NCBI GenBank assembly: GCA_035514535.1
Contig: DATKAZ010000108.1
Location: forward strand, 9,442 to 73,441
Source: Gammaproteobacteria bacterium
GTDB lineage: Bacteria; Pseudomonadota; Gammaproteobacteria; Steroidobacterales; XN24
DNA length: 64,000 nt
Reading direction: 5' to 3'
Position numbers and translations under genes: made by a program. Under the pieces are notes generated by a model. The model did no database searches and was not told where the DNA came from. It saw only the letters and a list, made by a program, of their open reading frames with translations. Of the stretch, positions 12,105-22,794 are shown one piece after another (positions within the stretch are counted from its first letter, which is position 1; each line of letters starts with the position of its first letter).

Positions 12105-13981
12105 AACGTGCCGTCGGCGCGCCCGCGCGCTGCGCGGACATGCGCGGCAAAGCGCTCCGCGGGCATGAAGCCGAACAGCCGATACGGGCGAAGTTCAGCG
12201 CCGTTCGTGCCGAAGAACAGGATGGCGGGCGGGCCGTAGATGCCGAAGCGGTTCATCAGTTCGCGGTCGTCCGTGTCGTTGGCCGTGACGTCCGCCTTCA
12301 ACAGGACCGTGCCGTCGAGGGCGGCCTGCACGTCGGCCTGCGTGAACGTGTAGCGCTCCATGCGCTTGCAGTCCACGCACCAGTCCGCGTAGAAATCCAG
12401 CATGACGGTGCTTCCTGCGGCGCCTGCGCGGCTCAGTTCGGCTTCCAGGTCGGCGACCGATTTCACCGTACGGAACTCCGCGGCGACCGCGGGCCGGGCG
12501 CCCGTGCCGGCGGAGCGCAGGGTGGCGAGCGGCTGCCAGATGCTGCTGCCGCCCGCCGCGGCGCCGACCAGCAGCACCGCGCCGTAAAGCAGGCTCATCA
12601 GGGCGAGCCCTTTCGCGATGCGTCGCCCGGGCCCCGCGCTCCCGGTCAGCGGATCGAGCGCGCCGAGGAACATCGCCGCGAGGAAGAACAATCCCGCCCA
12701 CAGGGCCAGCGCCACGGCCGGCGGCACGATGCGCTCCAGCATCCAGACCGCAACGCCGAGCAGCAGCAGGCCGAAGAGATTCTTGATCGTCTCCATCCAG
12801 GCCCCGGCGCCGGGCAGCAGTTTCCCGGCCGAAGCGCCGAATGCCAGCAGCGGCGCGCCCATGCCCATGGAGAGGGCGAAGAGCGCCGCACCGCCGCGCA
12901 CGGGGTCGCCGCTCGCGCCGATGACGATGAGCGCCGCCGCCAGTGGCGCGGCCACGCACGGGCCGACGATCAGCGCCGAGAACACGCCCATCGTCCCGGC
13001 CCCGAGCCAGGTGCCCGCCTGCTGGCGATTCGAAAGTGCCGACATTTTCGTCTGCAGCCCGGCCGGTACCTGCAGCTCATAGAAGCCGAACATCGCCAGC
13101 GCCAGGGCGACGAAGACCAGCGAAAAGCCGATCAGCACCGCGGGATGCTGGAAGGTCGCCTGCAGGTTGTGGCCGAGCATCGCCACCACGATGCCGGCGA
13201 GCGTGTAGGTCAGCGCCATCGCGAGGACGAAGACCGCCGACAGGGCGAAGGCCCGGCGGGTCGTCACGTCCGGGCCCTGGCCGATGATCAGGCCCGAGAG
13301 GATCGGCACCATCGGCAGGACGCAGGGGGTGAAGGCCAGCAGCAGGCCGAAGCCGAAGAACACCGCCAGCACGGCGGGCAGCGCGCCGCCGCTGATCAGC
13401 GCGGCGAGCCGGTCCGACTCGGAGACGGGCGCGCCGGACCGGCGGTCGGTTGCTGTGGCGGGCGATGCCGGCTGTGCACCGGGGGCCTGCGCCGCCTGGC
13501 CGTCGGCGCCGAGGAACGACAGCAGCGAACGGCCGGACGCGGGGCGCGGCGATTGCGCGGCGGCCCCGCCGAGCGGCACCTCGGTCCGCCATGTTTGCGG
13601 CGGCAGGCAGATGCCGATGTCCGCACAGCCCTGCGACTTGACCTCGATCGCCAGGAACTCGCCCGCGGGCGTGCCGCTGACGGGGATGCGCGCCTCGACC
13701 CGGCCCCGGTAAATGCGGCTCTCGCCGAAGAATTCGTCTTCGTAGGGTTGGCCGGGGGGCAGATCGGGCGTGTCCAGCTCCACGCCGGCGTCGAGGCTGC
13801 GGAAAGCGAGGCTCTTCCGGTAGAGGTAATAGCCGTCGGCCACGTCCCACTGCAGCACGAGCTCGTCTTCGCGCAGCTCCGCCGTGTACGGGAACGCCTG
13901 CTCGGCGCGCAGCAGCTCGGGCTCGGCCGCGGCGAACTGCGGCGCGAGGGCCGCGAGCATCAGCAGGAGAATTCGCATCAT
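12101..13981 (-). CDS. dsbD: Protein-disulfide reductase DsbD
   Basis: Alpha domain QGCADIGICLPP, TM domain FTPCVLPM and GPCVAAP, thioredoxin domain DFYADWCVDCK. Confidence 0.95.
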   Translation of the reverse strand: MMRILLLMLAALAPQFAAAEPELLRAEQAFPYTAELREDELVLQWDVADGYYLYRKSLAFRSLDAGVELDTPDLPPGQPYEDEFFGESRIYRGRVEARIPVSGTPAGEFLAIEVKSQGCADIGICLPPQTWRTEVPLGGAAAQSPRPASGRSLLSFLGADGQAAQAPGAQPASPATATDRRSGAPVSESDRLAALISGGALPAVLAVFFGFGLLLAFTPCVLPMVPILSGLIIGQGPDVTTRRAFALSAVFVLAMALTYTLAGIVVAMLGHNLQATFQHPAVLIGFSLVFVALALAMFGFYELQVPAGLQTKMSALSNRQQAGTWLGAGTMGVFSALIVGPCVAAPLAAALIVIGASGDPVRGGAALFALSMGMGAPLLAFGASAGKLLPGAGAWMETIKNLFGLLLLGVAVWMLERIVPPAVALALWAGLFFLAAMFLGALDPLTGSAGPGRRIAKGLALMSLLYGAVLLVGAAAGGSSIWQPLATLRSAGTGARPAVAAEFRTVKSVADLEAELSRAGAAGSTVMLDFYADWCVDCKRMERYTFTQADVQAALDGTVLLKADVTANDTDDRELMNRFGIYGPPAILFFGTNGAELRPYRLFGFMPAERFAAHVRAARGRADGTL

Positions 13982-14331
13982 CAGGGTTTCGCCGTTCGGG
14001 AGGATTCTGCGGACACGCTGCTGCGGAGCCACTCCAGGTATTCTTCAAGGCCGCCCTGAACAGGGACAGCGAGGACCTCCGGAAGTTCGTAGGGGTGGAG
14101 GTCCCGGATGCGCGCGCTCAGTGCCGCGAGGCGTTCCTGCGTGGTCTTGATGAGCAGCAGGGTCTCGGTGTCCTGCTGCAGCCGGCCCTGCCAGCGGTAA
14201 TGCGATACGACGCCCGGGACACGATTGACGCAGGCCGCGAGCGATTCCGCGACGAGCGTTTCGGCCAGGTGCGCGGCCGGGGCACCGTCCGGACAGGTGC
14301 ACAGCACGACAAGGCATTTATTTTCAGGCAC
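13981..14331 (-). CDS. cutA: Divalent-cation tolerance protein CutA
   Basis: LAACVN, YRWQG, E.LLLIKT, HPYELPE and YLEW motifs. Confidence 0.95.
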   Translation of the reverse strand: MPENKCLVVLCTCPDGAPAAHLAETLVAESLAACVNRVPGVVSHYRWQGRLQQDTETLLLIKTTQERLAALSARIRDLHPYELPEVLAVPVQGGLEEYLEWLRSSVSAESSRTAKP

Positions 14332-14408
14332 TTGTACTTCGGCTTACAGTTCACGGGGCACCAAGGATAGCGGCCGGCGGGATTCCACGCCATGAGGCAC
14401 CCTGCCTA

Positions 14409-14436
14409 TTGACTCCGGCGAATTCAGGCCTATCAT
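14409..14436 (+). promoter_or_regulatory. Putative sigma70-type promoter of groESL
   Basis: TTGACT (14409-14414), 16-nt spacer, TATCAT (14431-14436), immediately upstream of CIRCE. Confidence 0.6.
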
Positions 14437-14462
14437 TGGCACTCACTACAGGCGAGTGCTAA
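14436..14462 (+). promoter_or_regulatory. CIRCE element (HrcA operator)
   Basis: TTGGCACTC-ACTACAGGC-GAGTGCTAA has one mismatch to the consensus TTAGCACTC-N9-GAGTGCTAA and lies upstream of groES. Confidence 0.92.
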
Positions 14463-14529
14463 CAAGCTCGTCCACGGTATTTGTCCGGGTTGCATCACGC
14501 AACCCGTTGAACTTCAAGGAGATACAGCA

Positions 14530-16498
<1,969 letters not shown>

Positions 16499-16528
16499 GC
16501 GCACACGCGCAAGCATTTCAGTGCCATG

Positions 16529-16561
16529 CGAAGCCCCGCCCCGTGCGGGGCTTCGTTTTTT
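16529..16561 (+). terminator. Rho-independent terminator after groEL
   Basis: CGAAGCCCCGC-loop-GCGGGGCTTCG stem followed by TTTTTT. Confidence 0.9.
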
Positions 16562-16587
16562 CGGGCGGCTGATATGCTTGTCGCGCC

Positions 16588-19482
16588 ATGACCGACGCGC
16601 TCGCAGGAGATTCGCTCGACGCGGGCCTCGCGGCCCTTCCCGCGCCCTTGCGCCGCGACCTGCCGTCGCGCTGGCGGCGCTTCACGGAAGAGCATCCGGA
16701 GGCGGCGGCGGCCTTGCGCTGCGACGAGCCGCTCGCGGGCTCCGCGCCCGCCGTGTGGGCCGCCAGTGAGTTCGTCGCCGAGCACTGCCTGCGGCGCGAC
16801 GGCGACCTGGACGAGATCGCAAAGGCGGTGCGCACACGCTGGACGCCGGGCGAGCTGCTGGCGCGCGCCGACGCCTTGCTGGATGCGGCGGATGACGAGG
16901 CCGCCGCGATGCGCGCGTTGCGCCTGTTCCGCCGCCGCGAGATGTTGCGTATCGCGTGGCGGGACCTGGCAGCATGGGCGGTCCTCGAGGAAACGCTCGG
17001 GCACCTCAGCGAACTGGCGGAAGTGTGCATCCGCGCGGCCGACGACTGGGTCCACCGCGGCATGGTCGCGAAGCACGGCGAACCCTGCGCCCGGGACGGC
17101 TCGCCCCAGCGCCTGCTCGTGGTGGCGATGGGCAAGCTCGGCGGCGGCGAGCTGAACTTCTCCTCTGATATCGACCTGGTTTTCCTGTACCCCGAGTCGG
17201 GCGAGTCCGCCGGGCCGCGGGCGCTCAGCAACGAGGAGTTCTTCACCCGCGCGGGGCACCAGCTCATCCGGCTGCTCGACACCGGGACGCCCGACGGCTT
17301 CGTGTTTCGCGTCGACATGCGGCTGCGCCCCTTCGGCGACAGCGGCTCGCTCGTCATGAACCTTGCGGCGTTTTCGAACTACCTGCACCAGCACGGCCGC
17401 GCGTGGGAACGCTATGCCTACGTCAAGGCGCGTGCCGTCACGGGGCACCGCGTGGGAATGGGCCTGTATCGCGACGTGCTGCGCCCGTTCGTGTTTCGTC
17501 GCTATCTCGATTTCGGCCTGTTCGACTCGCTGCGCGACATGAGGGGCCGGATTTCGGCGGAAGTTGCGCGCGGCGAGCTGCGGGACAACATCAAGCTCGG
17601 CCGGGGCGGGATTCGCGAGATCGAGTTCATCGTCCAGTGCCTGCAGCTGCTGCGCGGCGGCGCCGACCCGCGACTGCGCGAGCCGGGCCTGCCGGCGGCG
17701 CTGGCGCGACTCGGCGAGACCGGGGAGCTGCCGCGTGAGGCCGTCGAGGAGCTGCGCGAGGCCTGGCGGTTCCTGCGCCGCACGGAAAATCGGCTGCAGG
17801 CCTGGCAGGATCGCCAGACGCATGAATTGCCGGAGGACGAATCCGGCCGGCTGCGGCTCGCATTCGCCATGGGATGCGCGGACTGGGCCGGGTTCGGCGA
17901 GGCGCTCGCGGGCCACCGGCAGCGCGTCGAGGCCTGGTTCAGGCACCAGACCTCGGACGGGCGCGCGGCCGGGCCCGAGGACGGCATCGCGGCCGCCCTG
18001 CGCGACGACGGCGACGACCGGGCCACACACACGCGCCTCGTCGAGGCCGGGTTCGACGCGCCGGGGCGCGCCCTCGCGGCGATGCGCAGCCTGGCCGAAG
18101 CCTCCTGGTACAAGCGCCTCGACGCAGTCGCGCGCCAGCGGCTGGCGACTCTCGTGCCGGCGCTGGCGCGCGCGGCCGGTGAGCTGGCTGCGCCGGAGGA
18201 GGCGCTCGAGCGGCTGTTGCGCGTGGTCGGCGTGATCGGCGGGCGCAGCGCCTACTTCGCCCTTCTGAACGAGAATCCGGCCGCGCGCGCGCGCTTCGTT
18301 TCCCTGTGCGGCGGCAGCGAGTTCCTCGCCAGCCAGGTCGCCGTGCATCCGCTGCTCCTCGACGACTTGATCGACCCGCGCGTCATGGAAGCGCCGCCCG
18401 GCCGCGATGAGCTGGCCGCCGAGCTTGACGAGCGCCTCGCGGGCGAGGATCCCGAAGACCTCGAGGGGCTGATGGACGCACTGCGCAACTTCCAGCGCGC
18501 GGCGGTGTTTCGCGTCGCCGTCGCGGACCTGACGGAGCGCCTGCCGGTGATGAAAATCAGCGACCAGCTGACGTGGATCGCGGAGGTACTGCTCGAGGCC
18601 TGCACGCGCATCGCCCGGGACGATGCGGTGCGGCGCCATGGGTGGCCGCTGTGCGGTGACCGGGAAGAGGCCCTGCGCGGCTGTCACATGGCCGTGATCG
18701 GCTACGGCAAGCTCGGCGGCCTGGAACTGGGCTACGGCTCCGACCTCGATCTCGTGTTCGTGCACGACGCCAGCGGCGAGATCCAGCGGACCGAGGGCCC
18801 TGCCGTGGTCGAGGCGGGCGTGCTGTTCGCGCGCATGACGCGAAGAATCGTCCACCTGCTCGCGACGCCGACCGGCGCCGGCGTGCTGTACGAGGTCGAC
18901 ACGCGGCTGCGGCCGAGCGGCAAGGGCGGCTTGCTCGTGACCAGCCTGACGGCTTTCGAGGCTTACCAGCGCGACGCCGCATGGACCTGGGAGCACCAGG
19001 CGCTGCTGCGTGCCAGGGCGGTGGCCGGCGAGCCGCGCGTCCGCAAGGCATTCGAGGAACTGCGCGTGCGCGTGCTGGTGGAGGCGGTGCGGCGCGACGA
19101 GCTGCGCGGTGAAGTTGCCGCGATGCGAGAGCGGATGCGCAGCGAGCTGTCTGCGGGTTCCGCGACATGGTTCGACCTGAAGCAGGACAGCGGCGGCGTA
19201 GCGGACATCGAGTTTCTGGTGCAATACCTGGTGTTGCAGAACGCGGCGCGGCGGCCGGAGCTGCTGCGCTGGCCGGACAACGTGCGACAGATCGAGGACC
19301 TGCACGCCGCCGGGCTGCTGTCGGCCGCCGACAGCGGCCTGTTGCACGACGCCTACCTGGACTTCCGCCAGCGCCTGCACCGGCTCACCCTGACGAACGC
19401 GCCGGCGCGCGTGCCCGTGGCCGAGGTCGAGTCGTTGAGCGCAAGAGTGCGGGCGCTATGGCAACGCATCATGCTGGACTGA
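16588..19482 (+). CDS. glnE: Bifunctional glutamine synthetase adenylyltransferase/adenylyl-removing enzyme
   Basis: Two nucleotidyltransferase repeats: MGKLGGGELNFSSDIDL / RVDMRLRPFG and YGKLGGLELGYGSDLDL / YEVDTRLRPSG; AWTWEHQAL. Confidence 0.97.
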   Translation: MTDALAGDSLDAGLAALPAPLRRDLPSRWRRFTEEHPEAAAALRCDEPLAGSAPAVWAASEFVAEHCLRRDGDLDEIAKAVRTRWTPGELLARADALLDAADDEAAAMRALRLFRRREMLRIAWRDLAAWAVLEETLGHLSELAEVCIRAADDWVHRGMVAKHGEPCARDGSPQRLLVVAMGKLGGGELNFSSDIDLVFLYPESGESAGPRALSNEEFFTRAGHQLIRLLDTGTPDGFVFRVDMRLRPFGDSGSLVMNLAAFSNYLHQHGRAWERYAYVKARAVTGHRVGMGLYRDVLRPFVFRRYLDFGLFDSLRDMRGRISAEVARGELRDNIKLGRGGIREIEFIVQCLQLLRGGADPRLREPGLPAALARLGETGELPREAVEELREAWRFLRRTENRLQAWQDRQTHELPEDESGRLRLAFAMGCADWAGFGEALAGHRQRVEAWFRHQTSDGRAAGPEDGIAAALRDDGDDRATHTRLVEAGFDAPGRALAAMRSLAEASWYKRLDAVARQRLATLVPALARAAGELAAPEEALERLLRVVGVIGGRSAYFALLNENPAARARFVSLCGGSEFLASQVAVHPLLLDDLIDPRVMEAPPGRDELAAELDERLAGEDPEDLEGLMDALRNFQRAAVFRVAVADLTERLPVMKISDQLTWIAEVLLEACTRIARDDAVRRHGWPLCGDREEALRGCHMAVIGYGKLGGLELGYGSDLDLVFVHDASGEIQRTEGPAVVEAGVLFARMTRRIVHLLATPTGAGVLYEVDTRLRPSGKGGLLVTSLTAFEAYQRDAAWTWEHQALLRARAVAGEPRVRKAFEELRVRVLVEAVRRDELRGEVAAMRERMRSELSAGSATWFDLKQDSGGVADIEFLVQYLVLQNAARRPELLRWPDNVRQIEDLHAAGLLSAADSGLLHDAYLDFRQRLHRLTLTNAPARVPVAEVESLSARVRALWQRIMLD

Positions 19483-19521
19483 GCGCCGCTATAATGAGGC
19501 GCCGATATGAATGGAGTGATC

Positions 19522-19731
19522 ATGGCCGAGCCGCGCAGCATCGAGGCCAATGCCGAGTGCCGTTACGAGGTGACGCGCGCGGATCTGCCGTTGGCATGCC
19601 CGGGCCCCGCGATGAAGCTCTGGAATTCGCATCCCCGCGTCTACCTGCCCGTCGAGGCGACCGGCCGCGCGAAGTGCCCGTATTGCGGCGCAGAGTATAT
19701 TCTCGTGGACGCGCCCGGCGCCGGGTCCTGA
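19522..19731 (+). CDS. Small zinc-finger (zf-CHCC) protein
   Basis: LACP....WNSHPRVYLP.....CPYCG. GGAG RBS lies before ATG 19522, and TATAAT is at 19490-19495. Confidence 0.88.
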   Translation: MAEPRSIEANAECRYEVTRADLPLACPGPAMKLWNSHPRVYLPVEATGRAKCPYCGAEYILVDAPGAGS

Positions 19732-19744
19732 GGCCGGCGCCGCG

Positions 19745-20479
19745 ATGAGCGCGGCGATCGCACGCGGGCCGGGCTGGGCGATGCTGTATGACGCGGCCCT
19801 GGTCGAGGCGCCGGATGCCGACTGGTTCGACCCGCAGCGCTGGGCCCGGAAAGTGGCCGGGCACGCGGGCCGCGGCCGCGGGTGGGTGCTGTTCGTCGAA
19901 GCGCATCCGGGGCAATGGGCCTTGCGCCGCTACCGGCGCGGCGGCCTCGCCGGCCGTGTCGTGGCGGATTGCTATCCCTGGCTCGGCGAGGAGCGTACCC
20001 GGTCGTTTCGCGAATGGCGCATGCTGGCCCACCTGCATGGGGCCGGCCTGCCGGTGCCGCGCCCGGTGGCGGCGATCTGGCGCCGCAGCGGGCCCTGCTA
20101 CACGGCCGACCTGGCCACCATGCGCATCCCGGGCGCGGCGCCGCTGTCCGCCCGCCTCGCGACCGGCGCCGCGGTGGACTGGCACCGCATCGGGCGGATG
20201 CTGCAGTCCTTTCATGCCGCGGGGGCGTGCCACGCCGATCTCAACGCGCACAACATCCTGCTCGACGAGGGCGGAGCGCCCTGGCTGCTGGATTTCGATC
20301 GCGGGCGGTTGCGCGCGCCGGGGGCGTGGGAGGGCCGCAACCTCCAGCGCCTCGAGCGGTCGTTGCGCAAGATCGCGGCGGAGCGCGCCGCGCCGCAGTT
20401 CAGCATGGCGGGCTGGGCGGAGCTGCAGGCCGGCTACGAGGAGGCACGCAGCTTGCGTTTGCGCGCGAGCCGGCCGTAG
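19745..20479 (+). CDS. kdkA: 3-deoxy-D-manno-octulosonic acid (Kdo) kinase
   Basis: GRG, LRRYRRGG, TRSFREW, GLPVPRP, HADLNAHNIL, LDFDRG and NLQRLERSL motifs. Confidence 0.93.
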   Translation: MSAAIARGPGWAMLYDAALVEAPDADWFDPQRWARKVAGHAGRGRGWVLFVEAHPGQWALRRYRRGGLAGRVVADCYPWLGEERTRSFREWRMLAHLHGAGLPVPRPVAAIWRRSGPCYTADLATMRIPGAAPLSARLATGAAVDWHRIGRMLQSFHAAGACHADLNAHNILLDEGGAPWLLDFDRGRLRAPGAWEGRNLQRLERSLRKIAAERAAPQFSMAGWAELQAGYEEARSLRLRASRP

Positions 20480-21393
20480 TAATCCTCGCCGCCCTCGCCG
20501 GCGGGCTTGAAGCGCCGGTGCACCCAGAGGTATTGCTCCGGGCAAAGGCGAATACGCTCCTCCAGCAAGCGGTTGATGCGCGCTGCGTCGGCGACCGGGT
20601 CGTCGCCTGGAAAATCCGCCAGCGGCGGCAGAATGTCGAGCCGATAGCCCGCCTTGCCGGGCAGGCGGATCGGGAAGAACGGCACCACGGGCGCATCTCC
20701 CAGGCGCGCGAACACCGCCGTCGCGGTGTTGGTCGGCGCGGGAACGCCGAAGAACGGCACGACCGCGCTGTACTTGCCGCGCTTGTGGGCCTGGTCTGGT
20801 GCGTACCAGATCAGGTGGTTGGTGCGCAGGCCGCGGATCATCGCGCGCACGTCGCGCTTCGAGAAGGCGTGTTTCGCGGAGCGCTCGCGGCCGCGCCGCA
20901 TGATTTCGTCGAACAGCGGATTGCGGTGCGGACGATACATGGCGCTGACCGGCGCCCGCTGCGTCAGGAAGCGCCCGCCGAGATCCAGGGTCGTGAAGTG
21001 ACCCGTCAGCATGATCGCGCCGCGCCCCGCGGCCAGCGCGGCCTCGATGTGTTCCATACCGCGGACTTCCACGAGTCCCGCGACGCGTCGGTCGCTCGCC
21101 CACCAGCACAGCCCTGTCTCGATGATCGACATGCCGAGCGACTCGAAATGCCGCCGCAGCAGTGCGTGCCGCGCCGGGGCGCCCAGCTCCGGAAACGCCA
21201 GTTCAAGGTTTCGTGCCGCGATCCGGCCGCGCTGGCCCGCTAACAGGTGGCCGAGCCGGCCGATCAGCCGGCCGGCGACCAGCTGCGCGCCGAACGGCAG
21301 CAGCACCAGCAGCCTGACGACGCCCAGCGCCAGCCAGATCGGCCAGTATCGCGGCGCCAGGAAGCGGTAGAGCGGTGTCTTCTCGGTACTCAA
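20434..21393 (-). CDS. lpxL: Lipid A late acyltransferase (LpxL/LpxP family)
   Basis: FLAPRYW, HF..LD catalytic HX4D, WYAPDQ, PFFG and PEQYLWVHRRFK motifs. Confidence 0.92.
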   Translation of the reverse strand: MSTEKTPLYRFLAPRYWPIWLALGVVRLLVLLPFGAQLVAGRLIGRLGHLLAGQRGRIAARNLELAFPELGAPARHALLRRHFESLGMSIIETGLCWWASDRRVAGLVEVRGMEHIEAALAAGRGAIMLTGHFTTLDLGGRFLTQRAPVSAMYRPHRNPLFDEIMRRGRERSAKHAFSKRDVRAMIRGLRTNHLIWYAPDQAHKRGKYSAVVPFFGVPAPTNTATAVFARLGDAPVVPFFPIRLPGKAGYRLDILPPLADFPGDDPVADAARINRLLEERIRLCPEQYLWVHRRFKPAGEGGEDYYGRLARKRKLRASS

Positions 21394-21507
21394 GATTGTT
21401 GCGCGTTGCCTGCCGCGACTGCAGGGTGCGCTCGCATTATAGCGAGCCCCTCCGGTGGGGTCGGCGACCCTGTGCTACCATCGCCGCCACCCTGACGGCG
21501 TCCGCCC

Positions 21508-22779
21508 TTGTACCGTTTCTATCTCGTCATTTCATATCTCGCGGCCCCCCTGGTCGCGTTGCTGCTGTTGTGGAAGGCGTTCGGCAACCGCGCCTACTGG
21601 GAGCGATTCGAGGAGCGTTTCGGCTTCGGCCGCAGCCGCCTCGCGTCACCGAGCATCTGGGTGCACGCGGTGTCCGTGGGCGAGGTGGTTGCCGCCTCGT
21701 CGCTGATCGCGGCCCTGCGCGAAAGATACCCGCAGTTCCCGATCGTCGTCACGACCGTGACGCCCACCGGCGCGCAGCGCGTGCGCGACCTGTTCGGCGA
21801 CGACGTGCTGCACAGCTACGCCCCCTACGACACGCTGGGTTCGGTGCGCCGCTTCTTCCAGCGGATGCAGCCGCGCCTGGCGATCGTGATGGAAACGGAG
21901 CTGTGGCCCAACATGTATGCCGAGTGCGGCGCGCGCGGCGTACCGCTGGTGCTCGCCAACGCGCGCATCTCGCCGCGTACGGTGCAGCGCTACCGGCGCT
22001 TCATCGGGCTGTTCAAGCAGGCCCTGTCGCACGGTATCGTGATCGCGGCGCAGAGCGAACAGGATGCCGTACGCTTCGCCTCGCTCGGCGCCAGCGCGGA
22101 GCGCACTCACGTGACCGGCAATCTCAAGGCCGACCTGGAGTTTCCGCCCGGCATGACGGATGCCGGCCGGGATTTCCGCGCGGCCGCCATGGCGACGCGC
22201 CCGGTCTGGGTTGCGGCCAGCACTCATGCGGGGGAGGAGGAGGCCGCGATCAGCGCACACCAGGTCGTCAGGGCGCGGCTGCCCGATGCCCTGCTGATCC
22301 TCGTGCCGCGCCACCCGGAGCGGTTCAACGGCGTGGCGGAAACCCTGCAGCGTCACGACGTCGCCTTCCGGCGCCGCTCACTCGGCGAAATGCCGGGGCC
22401 GACGGACGCGGTGTACCTGGCGGACAGCCTCGGCGAGCTGCCGATGTTCTACGCGGCGGCGGACGTCGCCTTCGTCGGCGGCAGCCTCGTGCCGATCGGC
22501 GGTCACAACCTGCTGGAGCCCGCGGTGCTCGGGGTGCCGGTGATCACGGGGCCGCACAACTTCAATGCCGAGGACATCGCCCAGCTGCTGCTGGAAGCCG
22601 GGGGGCTGGAGGTGGTCGCCGGCGAAGCCGAGCTGGGCCCCGCCGTCGCGATGCTGCTCGCCGACCCGGCGCTGCGCGCGCAGCGCGGCGAACAGGCACG
22701 CCGGGTGGTGGTCGAAAGCGGCGGTGCGCTCGCCAAGCTGCTCGATCTGGTGGCGCCGCTGCTCCCGCCGCAAGCCTGA
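21508..22779 (+). CDS. waaA: Kdo transferase
   Basis: WVHAVSVGE, ETELWPN, NARIS, GNLK, AASTH.GEE, VPRHPERF and GGHNLLEPA motifs; TTG start. Confidence 0.97.
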   Translation: MYRFYLVISYLAAPLVALLLLWKAFGNRAYWERFEERFGFGRSRLASPSIWVHAVSVGEVVAASSLIAALRERYPQFPIVVTTVTPTGAQRVRDLFGDDVLHSYAPYDTLGSVRRFFQRMQPRLAIVMETELWPNMYAECGARGVPLVLANARISPRTVQRYRRFIGLFKQALSHGIVIAAQSEQDAVRFASLGASAERTHVTGNLKADLEFPPGMTDAGRDFRAAAMATRPVWVAASTHAGEEEAAISAHQVVRARLPDALLILVPRHPERFNGVAETLQRHDVAFRRRSLGEMPGPTDAVYLADSLGELPMFYAAADVAFVGGSLVPIGGHNLLEPAVLGVPVITGPHNFNAEDIAQLLLEAGGLEVVAGEAELGPAVAMLLADPALRAQRGEQARRVVVESGGALAKLLDLVAPLLPPQA

Positions 22780-22794
22780 GCGAGCGACGATCTG

